A stretch of 64,000 bases of DNA from Tubulanus polymorphus (Eukaryota > Animalia > Nemertea), in assembly GCF_964204645.1 (NCBI RefSeq), contig NC_134029.1:11558850-11622849 (forward strand), in the 5' to 3' direction. Positions 1 to 10,557 of this stretch are shown one piece after another; position 1 is the stretch's first letter; every line of letters begins with the position of its first letter. A program made the translations under genes and the position numbers. Below the pieces are notes generated by a model, which was not told where the DNA came from, did no database searches, and saw only the letters and a list, made by a program, of their open reading frames with translations.

Positions 1-2
1 CC

Positions 3-987
3 TGTCAGATCAAACCGCAGAGGGGTGGTTCAGCAAACCGGAGTTTTCATTGGCCTCTCTCAGGGATGAGAATTCCCCGCGGATCCGCGGTTTCCCGCGG
101 ATTTCAGTATTGAAAAATATCAATTTTCCAAATAGTCCAAAAATGATGTAAAAGTATGGGGGGGGGGGGTGATGATCTCACTCAATTGGTCCGGCGCGAT
201 CGGTAATCAGGTGAACCGTAAAAGCGTTCAGTGCCTGTTTTACTTATCGTCACGTAAAAGTATCGCATTTCAATGCATATTCATTACAACACAGTGATTT
301 TGTATGTACATTTGTACTACGATGAGTGTGTAGCCTATGTATTTTATCGATCGGTTGCAGACACGCACGCACAGCAACAGTAGTAACGTATATAGGTCTA
401 CTTACTGTTGCTGCGTGTGTGTGGCGAACGCTTTCGGATATTATACACTACTTGGTGATGATTTTTAGTGAGCATTCATCGGCGCATTTTTACTGCAATA
501 ATTCAGGGCTCGACCCGTAATGCATGAGATGCTGAATGTCATCAAATGAGGATGTACCACATTGGAACTAGCCATTACCTTCCAAAATATAATAGTCGTT
601 CATGGGTTCAAGATCGCTCTAAGTGCTCGGAAAACGTATTTAATTTCTAAAATTTTCTTGGGGGAGGGCCCCCAAACCCCCCCCCCCCGAATTAGCTTCG
701 CGCCTTCGGCGCTCGGTAGTGCTGACAGCTGGTTCGTGTATGTCACTCAAGAAAAATAACCCGCGGATTTTACAGGTCGGCGTTCTCATCCCTGCTCTCT
801 AGACTACCCCGCCAGTACGGGTAGCCGAGCAAACCGGAAAACTCATAATGATGTACAGATGTCGACACTAATCATTCAGCTTATCATGTGACTTTGTAAC
901 CTAGAGTTTTTTAGTTTGAATAAATGCGTAGGCCAGGATGGCTACGGATTACTAGAAACAAATCTTATTCTTTGAGGATTTGAAACA
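3..987 (+). mobile_element. Gypsy LTR, left copy (about 245 bp once the 61-800 insertion is removed)
   Basis: Starts TGTCAGATC, ends GATTTGAAACA directly before a PBS; reverse complement of 17466-17710. The 5' boundary is at the window edge, so it is uncertain. Confidence 0.7.
61..794. mobile_element. Non-autonomous TIR DNA transposon (hAT-like CAGGG termini), 6-bp TSD
   Basis: TIRs CAGGGATGAGAA / TTCTCATCCCTG; CTCTCT at 55-60 and 795-800; absent from the homologous LTR near 17650-17665. Confidence 0.85.
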
Positions 988-999
988 TGGTGGCAGCGG
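988..999 (+). promoter_or_regulatory. Primer-binding site (tRNA-Leu type)
   Basis: TGGTGGCAGCGG right after the LTR-terminal CA; complementary to a tRNA 3' end CCGCUGCCACCA. Confidence 0.8.
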
Positions 1000-1320
1000 G
1001 TGAAACGATGGTACCCATATAATTCAACCGGTGTTGATGAACTTGAGACAGTTAACCGTTGTAAATGGATATTTGCCTGGACGTATCGGCCCGATTACGA
1101 TTACGATTACGATTACGATTACGATTTATTTACACTCCAACCATTTCCATGGTATATGGAGGAAAACTATTACACATGTATATACAAATATTTACAAAAC
1201 AACACTAAAGTGATTAAAATTTAGAGAATGAAAACGTAACGAAATATATATATATACATCAACTATTTACAATACTATATATACTATTATATACATCAAC
1301 TATTTACAATACTATATATA

Positions 1321-4300
1321 CTATTGGAGGGATCTATATACATCTAAGCCGGTCTTAATGAATTTAGCTAAGTTGACCGTTGGGTTTTTCAGAATATCAA
1401 GGGTATTAAAGGTATTCAAATTCAAAAAGTTTTTGCGTTGTTCGTTAAGTAAGGTACAGTCAAACAGAAAATGGGATTCGTCACCTAAAGTATTACAAGT
1501 GGGGCATATTCTATCGGCTCTGTCTAAATGAAGGTTTGAAAATTTGTTCACAGGTAAAATATAGGACCCGACCCTAAATTCAAATAAACTAGTTCCTAAG
1601 TCATCACCAAGTTCTATTATATACTTCTCTAACCTAATATCATTTTTATATTGCCTAAAGTTAGTGTATATCGGATTAGTATTTATGGCAGATACAGTTT
1701 CTTGAAGGTGCTGGTCACGGAGTATCTGTTTTATTCGTTTTGAAAAAGATTTACTGTTAGTCATGAATTGCTGCGTCCAAATGCAGGACAAACCACAGTC
1801 ATCAAACGTTTTCTTTATATATGATAACCAAGGGCTCTTAAATTTATCCCTTAAAAATAAATTGAAAGATATTTTATAGAGTATTGAATTAAGTTTGGTT
1901 TGCTTTCCAGATACTGTTTTCACCCAAAAGTTAATCATCCTGCGTCTAACATCTATATTCAAAGGGTAACGTCCTAGCTCTGATAAAACTTGTAAGTTGC
2001 GAGAATATTTCGTCACTTTCATTAAGATTTTACAGAAGAAGCGATGAATATTTTCTAATAAATCAAGATTTTCATATCCCCAGATCTCACACCCATACAT
2101 GGCTATTGGAGCAACACACGTATCAAATAATTTAAACATAACATCTATGGGCAATTTCAAACGTCTGCCTTTTTGAACGATCGAAAATATAGCTCTGATA
2201 GCATTATCGTAAAGATACTTTTTTGCCTTAGCAAAGTAACCATTCCAATTGAATTTTACTCCGAGATAAACATAATCTTCAACTACCTCTAACTCTTGAT
2301 CACCAAACATAAATTTCGAAATCGTTTTTATCCGGGATTTACTTCGCGCAAATACTAGTACTTTAGTTTTCTCTGGGTTAACAGTGAGACCATTAGCCGC
2401 GCAATATTCAAATAAGGTATCTAAGTGTAGCTGAAGAGATTTCTCATCCTCAGCAAGAATAACTGTATCATCTGCGTATAGTATTATGAATAAATTCAGT
2501 AAAGTATCAATATCCTGATCACGATTCAAATTTAGTTTTTCTATAAATGACAAAGTTGGTTTTCCACGATCAATGAAAAATTCTTCAATGTCGTTTAAGA
2601 ATAACGAAAAGAGGATAGGTGAGAGATTTTCGCCTTGTCTTAAGCCTCTATCAGCTGCAAAGTATTGTGACGTGCAACCATTTAATTCAACACATGATTT
2701 TATGGAGTTATACATATTTTTGACCACATTGAAAAAGTTTCCATTAACATTGTTAGCAATTAATTTTCGCCATAACTTTACCCTACAAATCGAGTCGAAA
2801 GCTTTCTTAAAATCAACAAAGGCGCAAAAAAGTCTTCTTCCCTGACAAAGATACAGCTCTACGATTGTTTTAAGCGTGTAAATATGATCAATGGTGGAAT
2901 ATTTCGATCTAAAGCCAGCCTGGGCTTCACTTATAATGTGATTCGTATCTAGAAATGTTGACAATCTTTGATTTAGGATACTTGTAAATAATTTACCAAG
3001 ACAGCTAACTAAGGTAATACCTCTATAATTATCAGGATTAGAGGGATCGCCATTCTTTTTGAAAATGGGTTTGATGACGCCTATAGACCACATCTCTGGA
3101 ACATATCCTGTTGTAAGAACTAAATTGAATAATTTTTGTAATATATCAACTAAAAACGGATACTGACTAACTCCCAGCAGCTCATTCGTGATTCCATCAA
3201 TGCCTGGGGCCTTATTGTTTTTGAGTAAAGAGATAGCCTTAATTACCTCATCACTGGTTATATCACTGTTCAAAATATAATTGTCATAGACAGGATGGTC
3301 ACCCACGTCTGGGGGCTCATCACCGTCATCGGTTTCATTGTTAACATTATTCAAATCATTTAATCTCATAAAATGTTCAAGAAAAATATCAATATCTATA
3401 TTAGCCTCATTATTTTTTGTTCCGCTCGCAGAGTTTAGCATCGACCAATACTTTTTTGGGTTATTAATTTCGCATTCTCTCAATTCCTTAATAAATTCAT
3501 CCTTTTGTTTCTTCTTATTTTCTCGGATGACCTTTTTATAGTTTTTAGACGAGTTCTTAAGGGATTCAAAATTGGAAAGGGTAGGGCAACCCCTATATCT
3601 TTTTTTCATATAATTATATTTCTTCTGTGCATCTCTACAGTCCCTGCCAAACCATCTGTTGCGGACCGGTTTTTTGCAGTTATTACTTTTCCTACTTTTT
3701 CTATGGTACATCAAATTACACTCATCAGCACTTGATAATAAAGAAGATACAAATCTATCGGTAAGTCCATTAATGTCATCTGGCGATTGATTTCCTAGAT
3801 CTTGCAACCCGTCCAACAGTAACTTATCTAAATCATTATCTCGTAATCTTGATTCTACATTCAGGAAAAATTGATTTGATCTAGTACTGACCCACCTAAT
3901 TGAAGTTTTAAAGTTCGCGTGTTCATTACCCCTTACATTATCGCTAGCAATGGTGTCCCTAGAATTCGTATACACGCACAGATTAATAGGATTATGTCCA
4001 TCAGATAATAATGGGTCAAAAGGCATTATTTCAAAGTCCTCAACATAACCAAACAGTTCTAAATCACACACAAAATAATCAATGACACTAGTGTTCCTAA
4101 AAGTATAATTACCTGTCTGATCATTGCCACATCTGCCATTGAGGATAATTAGTGAATGGTTCTTACACAAATCTATTAGTTGATAGCCTGTATTATTCTT
4201 TCTTTCGTCCTGATTATTTCTAGTTGTGGGAACGCCTAAATTAATCAATGAGTCAACAATAGGGTCTAAGTTATCATCTTGAATTATCTGATTATCAGGT

Positions 4301-5124
4301 TCCAAAAAGTCTGGCATACAAGCGGTGTGAGCATTAAAGTCACCAGAAATTAACACATTGAAATCATACTCAACTTTCAATTCCAATAACTCTATTTCAA
4401 TTTCTCTGATAGCTATTTCTGAATAATAACGACTATTTTCTGGAGGAATATAAATTACACCTAAAAGTACATGTTTGTCGCGATTAAATAAATCTTTATC
4501 TAATAAATACCAAGATACAAACTGAGAGTCAGTCGAAATTGGTTTTATTTTATTTTTCATGAACTTCCTATATATGATACCGACGCCACCTGATCCTTTT
4601 TTTGAAAACTTTTTCCTATTTTTAAAGTGCGCCATATGGGAGGCGGGCAAGCTACAACCTAAATTACCGTCTAAATCATCTAAGTGAGTTTCAGTTAGAC
4701 ATGTGATATCATTATTGCTAATAAATTCACAGAATTCTGGGATATCGAGTTTAGCTATAAGGCCACATACATTCAGCGTAGAAAACTTTAATGATGATTT
4801 GATACAAGGAATTTCACTTATGTTTGCTGCGTTTGCTGTACTAGTTACATTTTGCTTATTTAAATCAGAAGTGTTAATATTTCGCTTATTTACATCAGAA
4901 ATGAAATTGTTAGGAGTTACATCAGGTACATGATTGTTACTATTTACATCAGGGTGTGTATCTACCGTATGAGAATTTACATGCGAGCCAACGATATCTC
5001 TATTTATATTTGGATAACTGTCACATAAATTTACACTATTTACAAATTCTATAACATAACAACAACTTCGAGATACAAGGACAGTCCGGTCTACGAATTG
5101 TACGCAAAGTCCCTCCGCTGGTTC
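1321..5124 (-). CDS. LINE A ORF2: APE endonuclease + reverse transcriptase + C-terminal CCHC finger
   Basis: LNVCG, TETH, GDFNA, SDGH, NYRGITL, FVDFKKAFD, GLRQGENLSP, YADD, CPTC...HFLFDC. The frame is open upstream of the track start (4650) to the ORF1 stop. Confidence 0.92.
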   Translation of the reverse strand, partial: EPAEGLCVQFVDRTVLVSRSCCYVIEFVNSVNLCDSYPNINRDIVGSHVNSHTVDTHPDVNSNNHVPDVTPNNFISDVNKRNINTSDLNKQNVTSTANAANISEIPCIKSSLKFSTLNVCGLIAKLDIPEFCEFISNNDITCLTETHLDDLDGNLGCSLPASHMAHFKNRKKFSKKGSGGVGIIYRKFMKNKIKPISTDSQFVSWYLLDKDLFNRDKHVLLGVIYIPPENSRYYSEIAIREIEIELLELKVEYDFNVLISGDFNAHTACMPDFLEPDNQIIQDDNLDPIVDSLINLGVPTTRNNQDERKNNTGYQLIDLCKNHSLIILNGRCGNDQTGNYTFRNTSVIDYFVCDLELFGYVEDFEIMPFDPLLSDGHNPINLCVYTNSRDTIASDNVRGNEHANFKTSIRWVSTRSNQFFLNVESRLRDNDLDKLLLDGLQDLGNQSPDDINGLTDRFVSSLLSSADECNLMYHRKSRKSNNCKKPVRNRWFGRDCRDAQKKYNYMKKRYRGCPTLSNFESLKNSSKNYKKVIRENKKKQKDEFIKELRECEINNPKKYWSMLNSASGTKNNEANIDIDIFLEHFMRLNDLNNVNNETDDGDEPPDVGDHPVYDNYILNSDITSDEVIKAISLLKNNKAPGIDGITNELLGVSQYPFLVDILQKLFNLVLTTGYVPEMWSIGVIKPIFKKNGDPSNPDNYRGITLVSCLGKLFTSILNQRLSTFLDTNHIISEAQAGFRSKYSTIDHIYTLKTIVELYLCQGRRLFCAFVDFKKAFDSICRVKLWRKLIANNVNGNFFNVVKNMYNSIKSCVELNGCTSQYFAADRGLRQGENLSPILFSLFLNDIEEFFIDRGKPTLSFIEKLNLNRDQDIDTLLNLFIILYADDTVILAEDEKSLQLHLDTLFEYCAANGLTVNPEKTKVLVFARSKSRIKTISKFMFGDQELEVVEDYVYLGVKFNWNGYFAKAKKYLYDNAIRAIFSIVQKGRRLKLPIDVMFKLFDTCVAPIAMYGCEIWGYENLDLLENIHRFFCKILMKVTKYSRNLQVLSELGRYPLNIDVRRRMINFWVKTVSGKQTKLNSILYKISFNLFLRDKFKSPWLSYIKKTFDDCGLSCIWTQQFMTNSKSFSKRIKQILRDQHLQETVSAINTNPIYTNFRQYKNDIRLEKYIIELGDDLGTSLFEFRVGSYILPVNKFSNLHLDRADRICPTCNTLGDESHFLFDCTLLNEQRKNFLNLNTFNTLDILKNPTVNLAKFIKTGLDVYRSLQ

Positions 5125-5910
5125 CTAGTGGCTGTCCATCGGTACGCGGTCACGGTTTTCGCGGATAACGAGTTTGTCCCGTACAAAGAAAGCTTGTTTT
5201 CCGTTCGCTTTCGCGGCTCTCAGCTCGGGTAGCTTTTCGCGTCGTCTCGCCGCCCATTCCTCAGGCACCTGTTCATTCAGTCCTAAAGACGAGCCCGCGA
5301 GATTTTTCGCAACTGAACGTACCAGTTCACGATCTTTGAAGAACTCGAATTTTGCAACAATTGGGCGCGGTTTTTTCTGTTCATTTTTCCTTCGTCCAAG
5401 GCGATGTGTTCGCGCGAATTTGAATGAGTCCACGGTCGTCTTCGGTAACTTAAGGTCTTTCTCGCAAAAGCCTTTAATCAAGTCCTCGGTATTCTCATTT
5501 TCGGATTCCTCGACGCCGTAAAAGATCAAATTATCGCGCATGCTACGCCATTGCTGATCTAGGAGTAGTTCATGGTCCGATTTGATAATTGCGTCCTGAT
5601 CAGCGACGACTTTCTCTAAATCGCGAACTTTGCTTCTAAGTTGTTCGTTTTCACTCTTTAGTTGTAATACGTCCTGGTGGCAAAATTCAAGCGATTGTTT
5701 AACTTCGGTCATGTCCCTCTGCAAGTCGTCTAGAAGCTCTAATTTCGAAAGCTGGGAAAGAATCGCATCAAGTTTTGACGATATTCCATTGTCTGCTTCC
5801 ACACGTGATGCCGTTTCCTCAGTCGATTTATGATTCTGGCGATTCGGACGATTTGATGCTGCAGTCTTCTGCTTCTTGTTAGGGGGTGAAACACTTTGTC
5901 TTCCCGCCAT
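5125..5910 (-). CDS. LINE A ORF1: coiled coil + L1-type RRM/CTD
   Basis: Heptad region LQLKSENEQLRSKVRDLE, then RDNLIFYGVEE, HRLG, PRPIVAKF, typical of L1-like ORF1p. Confidence 0.9.
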   Translation of the reverse strand: MAGRQSVSPPNKKQKTAASNRPNRQNHKSTEETASRVEADNGISSKLDAILSQLSKLELLDDLQRDMTEVKQSLEFCHQDVLQLKSENEQLRSKVRDLEKVVADQDAIIKSDHELLLDQQWRSMRDNLIFYGVEESENENTEDLIKGFCEKDLKLPKTTVDSFKFARTHRLGRRKNEQKKPRPIVAKFEFFKDRELVRSVAKNLAGSSLGLNEQVPEEWAARRREKLPELRAAKANGKQAFFVRDKLVIRENRDRVPMDSH

Positions 5911-6605
5911 TTTCTCCAGGTCTCACCGAATATCACACAGATTTTGTGGTTGAAAAAGAAAAACAAATCGGTTAAGTTTCAATATATAGAAACGGGATTA
6001 ACTGGACGCAAAGAATTAAACTAATCTAGGCCCTACGCACGTTAGTTCGTTTGTCATCAACCGGTGCGATTTGTCTTTGTCGACTATGCAATGTTAATTC
6101 GTTTGATATAAGCTAGTTTTTAGTGTCTGTCGTGGCCGAATAATTAATACTAAATTCTCAGCTAATACGGGCTAAACGCACAAAAACGGCAACGGAATAT
6201 AATAGATCTAAGGTAGAAAAAATAGTTTCCTTGGATAATGTTTGTAAGTGAAATGTGAAAATTTACCTTGACGGTCGTTTAAGTAATTCAAGGAGCGCGC
6301 CGAAAGTACGTCCGCACAGTTCAGTACACCGCTTTTTTTTTTTTTTTTTTTTTTTTCTGTTTTGATATTTGATATTTATTTATTTCACTCCAACCATAAG
6401 AATGGTACGTGGAGGCAAGATTGAATACAAAATATGGAATATAAAAATTTACAAAACATGAACAGAATTATATACATATATACAAAACAAAATAGGAATT
6501 AACAAAATTTAATATCCAACTTTCAGTAATAAAACTATTTACAAACAAAGCAAGTACAGAGATTGAATTATATACAGCAAGATATATCACACGTATATAC
6601 ACAAT

Positions 6606-9600
6606 TCACTGGAGGGATTTGTATAAACTTAAACCTAACTGGATAAATTTAGCTAATTGTGGGGTAGGATTCCTTAATATTTCCAAGTTTCTGGACATAC
6701 TTAAATGGATGGAATTATCACGCAGATCACTTAGCAAAGTGCAGTCATAAATGAAGTGAAGCTCATCTCCTACGGTGTTACAGGCAGGGCACAGTCTTTC
6801 ACTTCGGTCTATATGAGCGTTCGATCGATTATTTACCGGTAATAAATAGGAACCAATTCTGAATTCGAATAAGCTATGCACAAGACTTCCGTCAAGTTGA
6901 GTTATATATTTTTCAAGCCTAACATCGTTCTTATATAGTTTGAAATTAACATACTGCTGATCTTCATTCACTTTTTGAAGCATTTCTTGTACGTGTTGGT
7001 CACGGAGGACTTGTTTCACGTACTTGGAGAGCGTTTTATAATGTTCCGTGTATTGCTGTAACCATATGTAAGATAAGCCAATGTCGTCAAATATTTTCTT
7101 TATATACAATAACCAAGGGGATTTGTGTTTTTCGCGTACATACAGATTGAGGGATATACGGTACAGGATTGCATTAAGTTTTGATTCTTTGCCGGTAACA
7201 GTTTTAAGCCAAAAGTTTACCATCCTCCGTTTTACCTCGATACTCATGGGGTACCGCCCAAGTTCAGCTAATACCTGCAGGTTGTGCGAATATTTTGACA
7301 CTTTCATAATAATTTTGCAAAACGTACAGTGCAGACTCTCTAATAAATCGAGGCTTTCAAAGCCCCATATCTCACAACCATATAACGCAACGGGTGCGAC
7401 GCACATATCGAAAAGTTTCAGCAAAACATCTATCGGGAGCTTCAAGCGTCTGCCTTTTTGTATTACCGAGAACATTGCTCTCATTGCCTTGTCATATAGA
7501 TATTTTTTTGCTTTGGCGAAGCTGCCATTCCAATTGAACTTAACTCCCAGGTATAGATAGTCCTCAACGATCTCAATCTCATCTGTGCCAAACATAAACT
7601 TTGTATCTATCTTGATCCTACATTTACTTCTTGCAAAAATTAAAACTTTAGTTTTATCGATATTAACCGTTAAATCGTTTTCTAAACAATATGCATACAA
7701 AGTATCCAGCTGCGACTGCAGTGAATTTTCATCCTCAGCTAAGATGACTGTGTCATCTGCATACAAAATAATAAATAGATTTAACAGGGTGTCAAGATCA
7801 TGATCGCAGTCCGAATTCAGCTTTTCTATAAATGAGAGAGTTGGATTACCATTACCCACGAAAAATGCCTCTATATCATTTAAATAGAGTGAAAATAGGA
7901 TTGGTGATAGATTTTCGCCCTGTCTCAAACCTCTGCCGGCAGTGAAATATTGTGAGGTATTGCCATTATATTTTACGCACGATTTTACAGAGTCGTACAT
8001 GCTTTTAATAACGTTCAGGAAGTTTCCTGTAATACAATTACTAATGAGTTTCTTCCAAAGAGTTACTCTACAGATTGAATCAAATGCCTTTTTAAAATCT
8101 ACGAACGCACAGAACAGTCTTCTCCCCTGGCCAAGGTACAGTTCAACAATGGTTTTAAGAGTGTAGATATGATCAACTGTCGAGTATTTAGATCTGAAAC
8201 CACCTTGGGCTTCACTTATAATATTGTTTGCATCTAAAAATAGAGATAGTCTCTGATTCAGTATGCTCGTAAACAGTTTTCCTAGGCAGCTCACTAGAGT
8301 GATGCCTCTGTAATTATCGGGATCGTCGGGATCACCTTTGTTCTTGTAGATCGGTTTGATCACCCCAATCGACCAAGTATCCGGTACATGGCCAGTCCTT
8401 AGAACAAGATTGAATAGGTTTTGCAAAATATTAACTAAATAGGGATATCGGTTGACTTTTAGCAATTCATTTATTATCCCGTCGATGCCAGATGCCTTTT
8501 TATTCTTAAGTAGTGAGATCGCTTTTATTACTTCATCAGTATCTATCTCGCGGTTGAGAATATGATTATCATAGATAGGCATCTGATTGTCAACAATATC
8601 GTGCTTGTCCTGTGTCTCGCCTAAATCATTTAATTTCATGAAATGCTCGAAAAACTGATCAACATTAATGTTGTGATTATCAGTTTCTGTACTGCCAGTG
8701 GAATTAAGCATCGACCAGTATCTCCTCGGATCATCTATTTCGCATTGCCTAAGTTCCCTAATAAATTCTTCCCTCTGCTTTCGTTTGCTTTCACTAATTA
8801 TTTTCTTATACTTTTTAGATGATCGTTTCAAAGAATCTAGATTCGAGGGGGAAGGACAGCATCTGTATCTGTTCCTCCTATACTTATATTCTTTTTGAGC
8901 AGTTCTGCAGGTTCTAGTGAACCATTTATTATAAGTTGGTCTCTTGCGATTAGTTCTTTTGCGATGGAGCAATTTACATTCCGAGGCACTGTTTAGTAAG
9001 GTAGAAACAAATTTATTAGTAAGCTCGTTGATATCGCTCAGAGATTGATTGTCTGTATTTTCTAATCCGTTTAGAAGTAAATTGTTGAAGTCCATTTCAG
9101 TTAAGTTTAGTTCGACCGATGCAAAGAATTGTTCTGATTTATCCTCATCCCATCGTATCGATGGACTCTCTGTACATGTATCAGTAGTTATATCATCATC
9201 CGAGATACTATCAGTAACACTGCTGTTTGTTTGTAAGCCCAATTTGATTGCATTATGTCCATCTGACAGAAGAGGGTCAAAAGGCATAATTTCAAAATCA
9301 CAGACAAAACGGAACAGATCGATATCACAGACACAGTAATCAATGACACTGGTACCCCTAAAGGTGTAATTACCGGGCAGATCATTTCCACATCTCCCAT
9401 TAAGAATAACTAACGATTGATTTTTACACATGTCAACAAGCTGGTAGCCAGAGTTATTTGTCCTTTTGTCTCTATTGTTTCGTTTAGTGGGTATGACATG
9501 TTTATACAGCTGTTGCGAGTCTGAATGGCACAACTGATCATTGTCGATTACGTAATTATCAGGTTCTAAAAGGTCAGGGACACAGGAAGTATGCGCATTA

Positions 9601-10322
9601 AAATCACCTGTGATTAGCACACTGCAATTGTGCTCAATCTTCAATTGCAATAACTCAAGTTCAATTTCATGAAAAGCATTTTCTGAATAGAATCTACTTC
9701 CCTCAGGGGGAATATAGACTGCACCTAAAATAACATTTTTCGAGTGATTAGATAAAGTTTTGTCTAGAAAATACCACGATACGTAAGAACAATCGGTCGG
9801 TATTGGTTTGATTTTACCGCGTAAATTATCTCTATAGATTATACCTATACCACCAGAACCTTTCTTCGACAACTTTTTTCTGTTTTTAAAGTGGGCCACA
9901 TGGGACCCAGGTAAGCTACAAGCTAAATCACCGTCCGCATCATCAAGATGGGTTTCGCTTAAACAAACAATGTCAAAACAAGCAATAAATTCATTAAATT
10001 CAGGAAAATCAAGTTTGCGGGATAAACCGCACACATTTAAACCTGCGATTTTCAACGCTTCTTTCCGAGAGTTATCCGCATTAGTTTTGTTCGTATTAAC
10101 ACGGTTATTTACACTAAGATCATTTACGATTCTCAACGCTTCTTTCTGAGAATTATTTACATCGGATTCGTTCGTATTTACACTAAACTCATCATCAACG
10201 GCACAGTCGTCACTATTTACACAATCACCGCTATAACCGATGAAATCAATCGCGAAACAACGATTACGAGATAAAATAACAATCCGGTCCAAATATTCAA
10301 TATACGAACCCTCCACAGCGTG
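6606..10322 (-). CDS. LINE B ORF2: APE endonuclease + RT + CCHC finger
   Basis: LNVCG, SETH, GDFNA, SDGH, GLRQGENLSP, YADD, CPAC...HFIYDC; uninterrupted frame. Confidence 0.93.
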   Translation of the reverse strand, partial: HAVEGSYIEYLDRIVILSRNRCFAIDFIGYSGDCVNSDDCAVDDEFSVNTNESDVNNSQKEALRIVNDLSVNNRVNTNKTNADNSRKEALKIAGLNVCGLSRKLDFPEFNEFIACFDIVCLSETHLDDADGDLACSLPGSHVAHFKNRKKLSKKGSGGIGIIYRDNLRGKIKPIPTDCSYVSWYFLDKTLSNHSKNVILGAVYIPPEGSRFYSENAFHEIELELLQLKIEHNCSVLITGDFNAHTSCVPDLLEPDNYVIDNDQLCHSDSQQLYKHVIPTKRNNRDKRTNNSGYQLVDMCKNQSLVILNGRCGNDLPGNYTFRGTSVIDYCVCDIDLFRFVCDFEIMPFDPLLSDGHNAIKLGLQTNSSVTDSISDDDITTDTCTESPSIRWDEDKSEQFFASVELNLTEMDFNNLLLNGLENTDNQSLSDINELTNKFVSTLLNSASECKLLHRKRTNRKRPTYNKWFTRTCRTAQKEYKYRRNRYRCCPSPSNLDSLKRSSKKYKKIISESKRKQREEFIRELRQCEIDDPRRYWSMLNSTGSTETDNHNINVDQFFEHFMKLNDLGETQDKHDIVDNQMPIYDNHILNREIDTDEVIKAISLLKNKKASGIDGIINELLKVNRYPYLVNILQNLFNLVLRTGHVPDTWSIGVIKPIYKNKGDPDDPDNYRGITLVSCLGKLFTSILNQRLSLFLDANNIISEAQGGFRSKYSTVDHIYTLKTIVELYLGQGRRLFCAFVDFKKAFDSICRVTLWKKLISNCITGNFLNVIKSMYDSVKSCVKYNGNTSQYFTAGRGLRQGENLSPILFSLYLNDIEAFFVGNGNPTLSFIEKLNSDCDHDLDTLLNLFIILYADDTVILAEDENSLQSQLDTLYAYCLENDLTVNIDKTKVLIFARSKCRIKIDTKFMFGTDEIEIVEDYLYLGVKFNWNGSFAKAKKYLYDKAMRAMFSVIQKGRRLKLPIDVLLKLFDMCVAPVALYGCEIWGFESLDLLESLHCTFCKIIMKVSKYSHNLQVLAELGRYPMSIEVKRRMVNFWLKTVTGKESKLNAILYRISLNLYVREKHKSPWLLYIKKIFDDIGLSYIWLQQYTEHYKTLSKYVKQVLRDQHVQEMLQKVNEDQQYVNFKLYKNDVRLEKYITQLDGSLVHSLFEFRIGSYLLPVNNRSNAHIDRSERLCPACNTVGDELHFIYDCTLLSDLRDNSIHLSMSRNLEILRNPTPQLAKFIQLGLSLYKSLQ

Positions 10323-10557
10323 CTAATAATGATCCATCGAATTAGCATTATCGCGATGATCGCGCTGATCACGTATAATCAACTTGTCCCGGACGAAAAA
10401 CGCACGCTTACCGCTCGCTTTTGCCGCTCGTAATTCGGGCAGTTTCTCTCGTCTGCGCGCAGCCCATTCCTCGGGGACCTGTTCGCTAAGTCCAAGTGAC
10501 GTTCCACGGAGGTTACGCGCCGCTAATCTAACCTGTTCTCTATCCTTGTAATGCTCA
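10323..10557 (-). pseudogene. LINE B ORF1 C-terminal fragment
   Basis: Translates to EHYKDREQVRLAARNLRGTSLGLSEQVPEEWAARRREKLPELRAAK...MDHY*, collinear with LINE A ORF1. Confidence 0.88.

Larger units (their letters stand above)
1093..6332 (-). mobile_element. Full-length APE-type LINE, family A (RTE-X/Proto2-like; clade not resolved)
   Basis: 5' UTR, ORF1, ORF2, 3' UTR with AATAAA and (GTAATC)5 tail at 1093-1122; left boundary fixed by the empty site near 17360. Confidence 0.92.

Noticed and set aside
1000-1224. ORFs with DYDYDY / ITITIT runs
   Set aside because: Translation of the LINE (GATTAC)n tail.
2573-9400. Many + strand ORFs of 60-160 aa
   Set aside because: Antisense shadows of the LINE ORFs.
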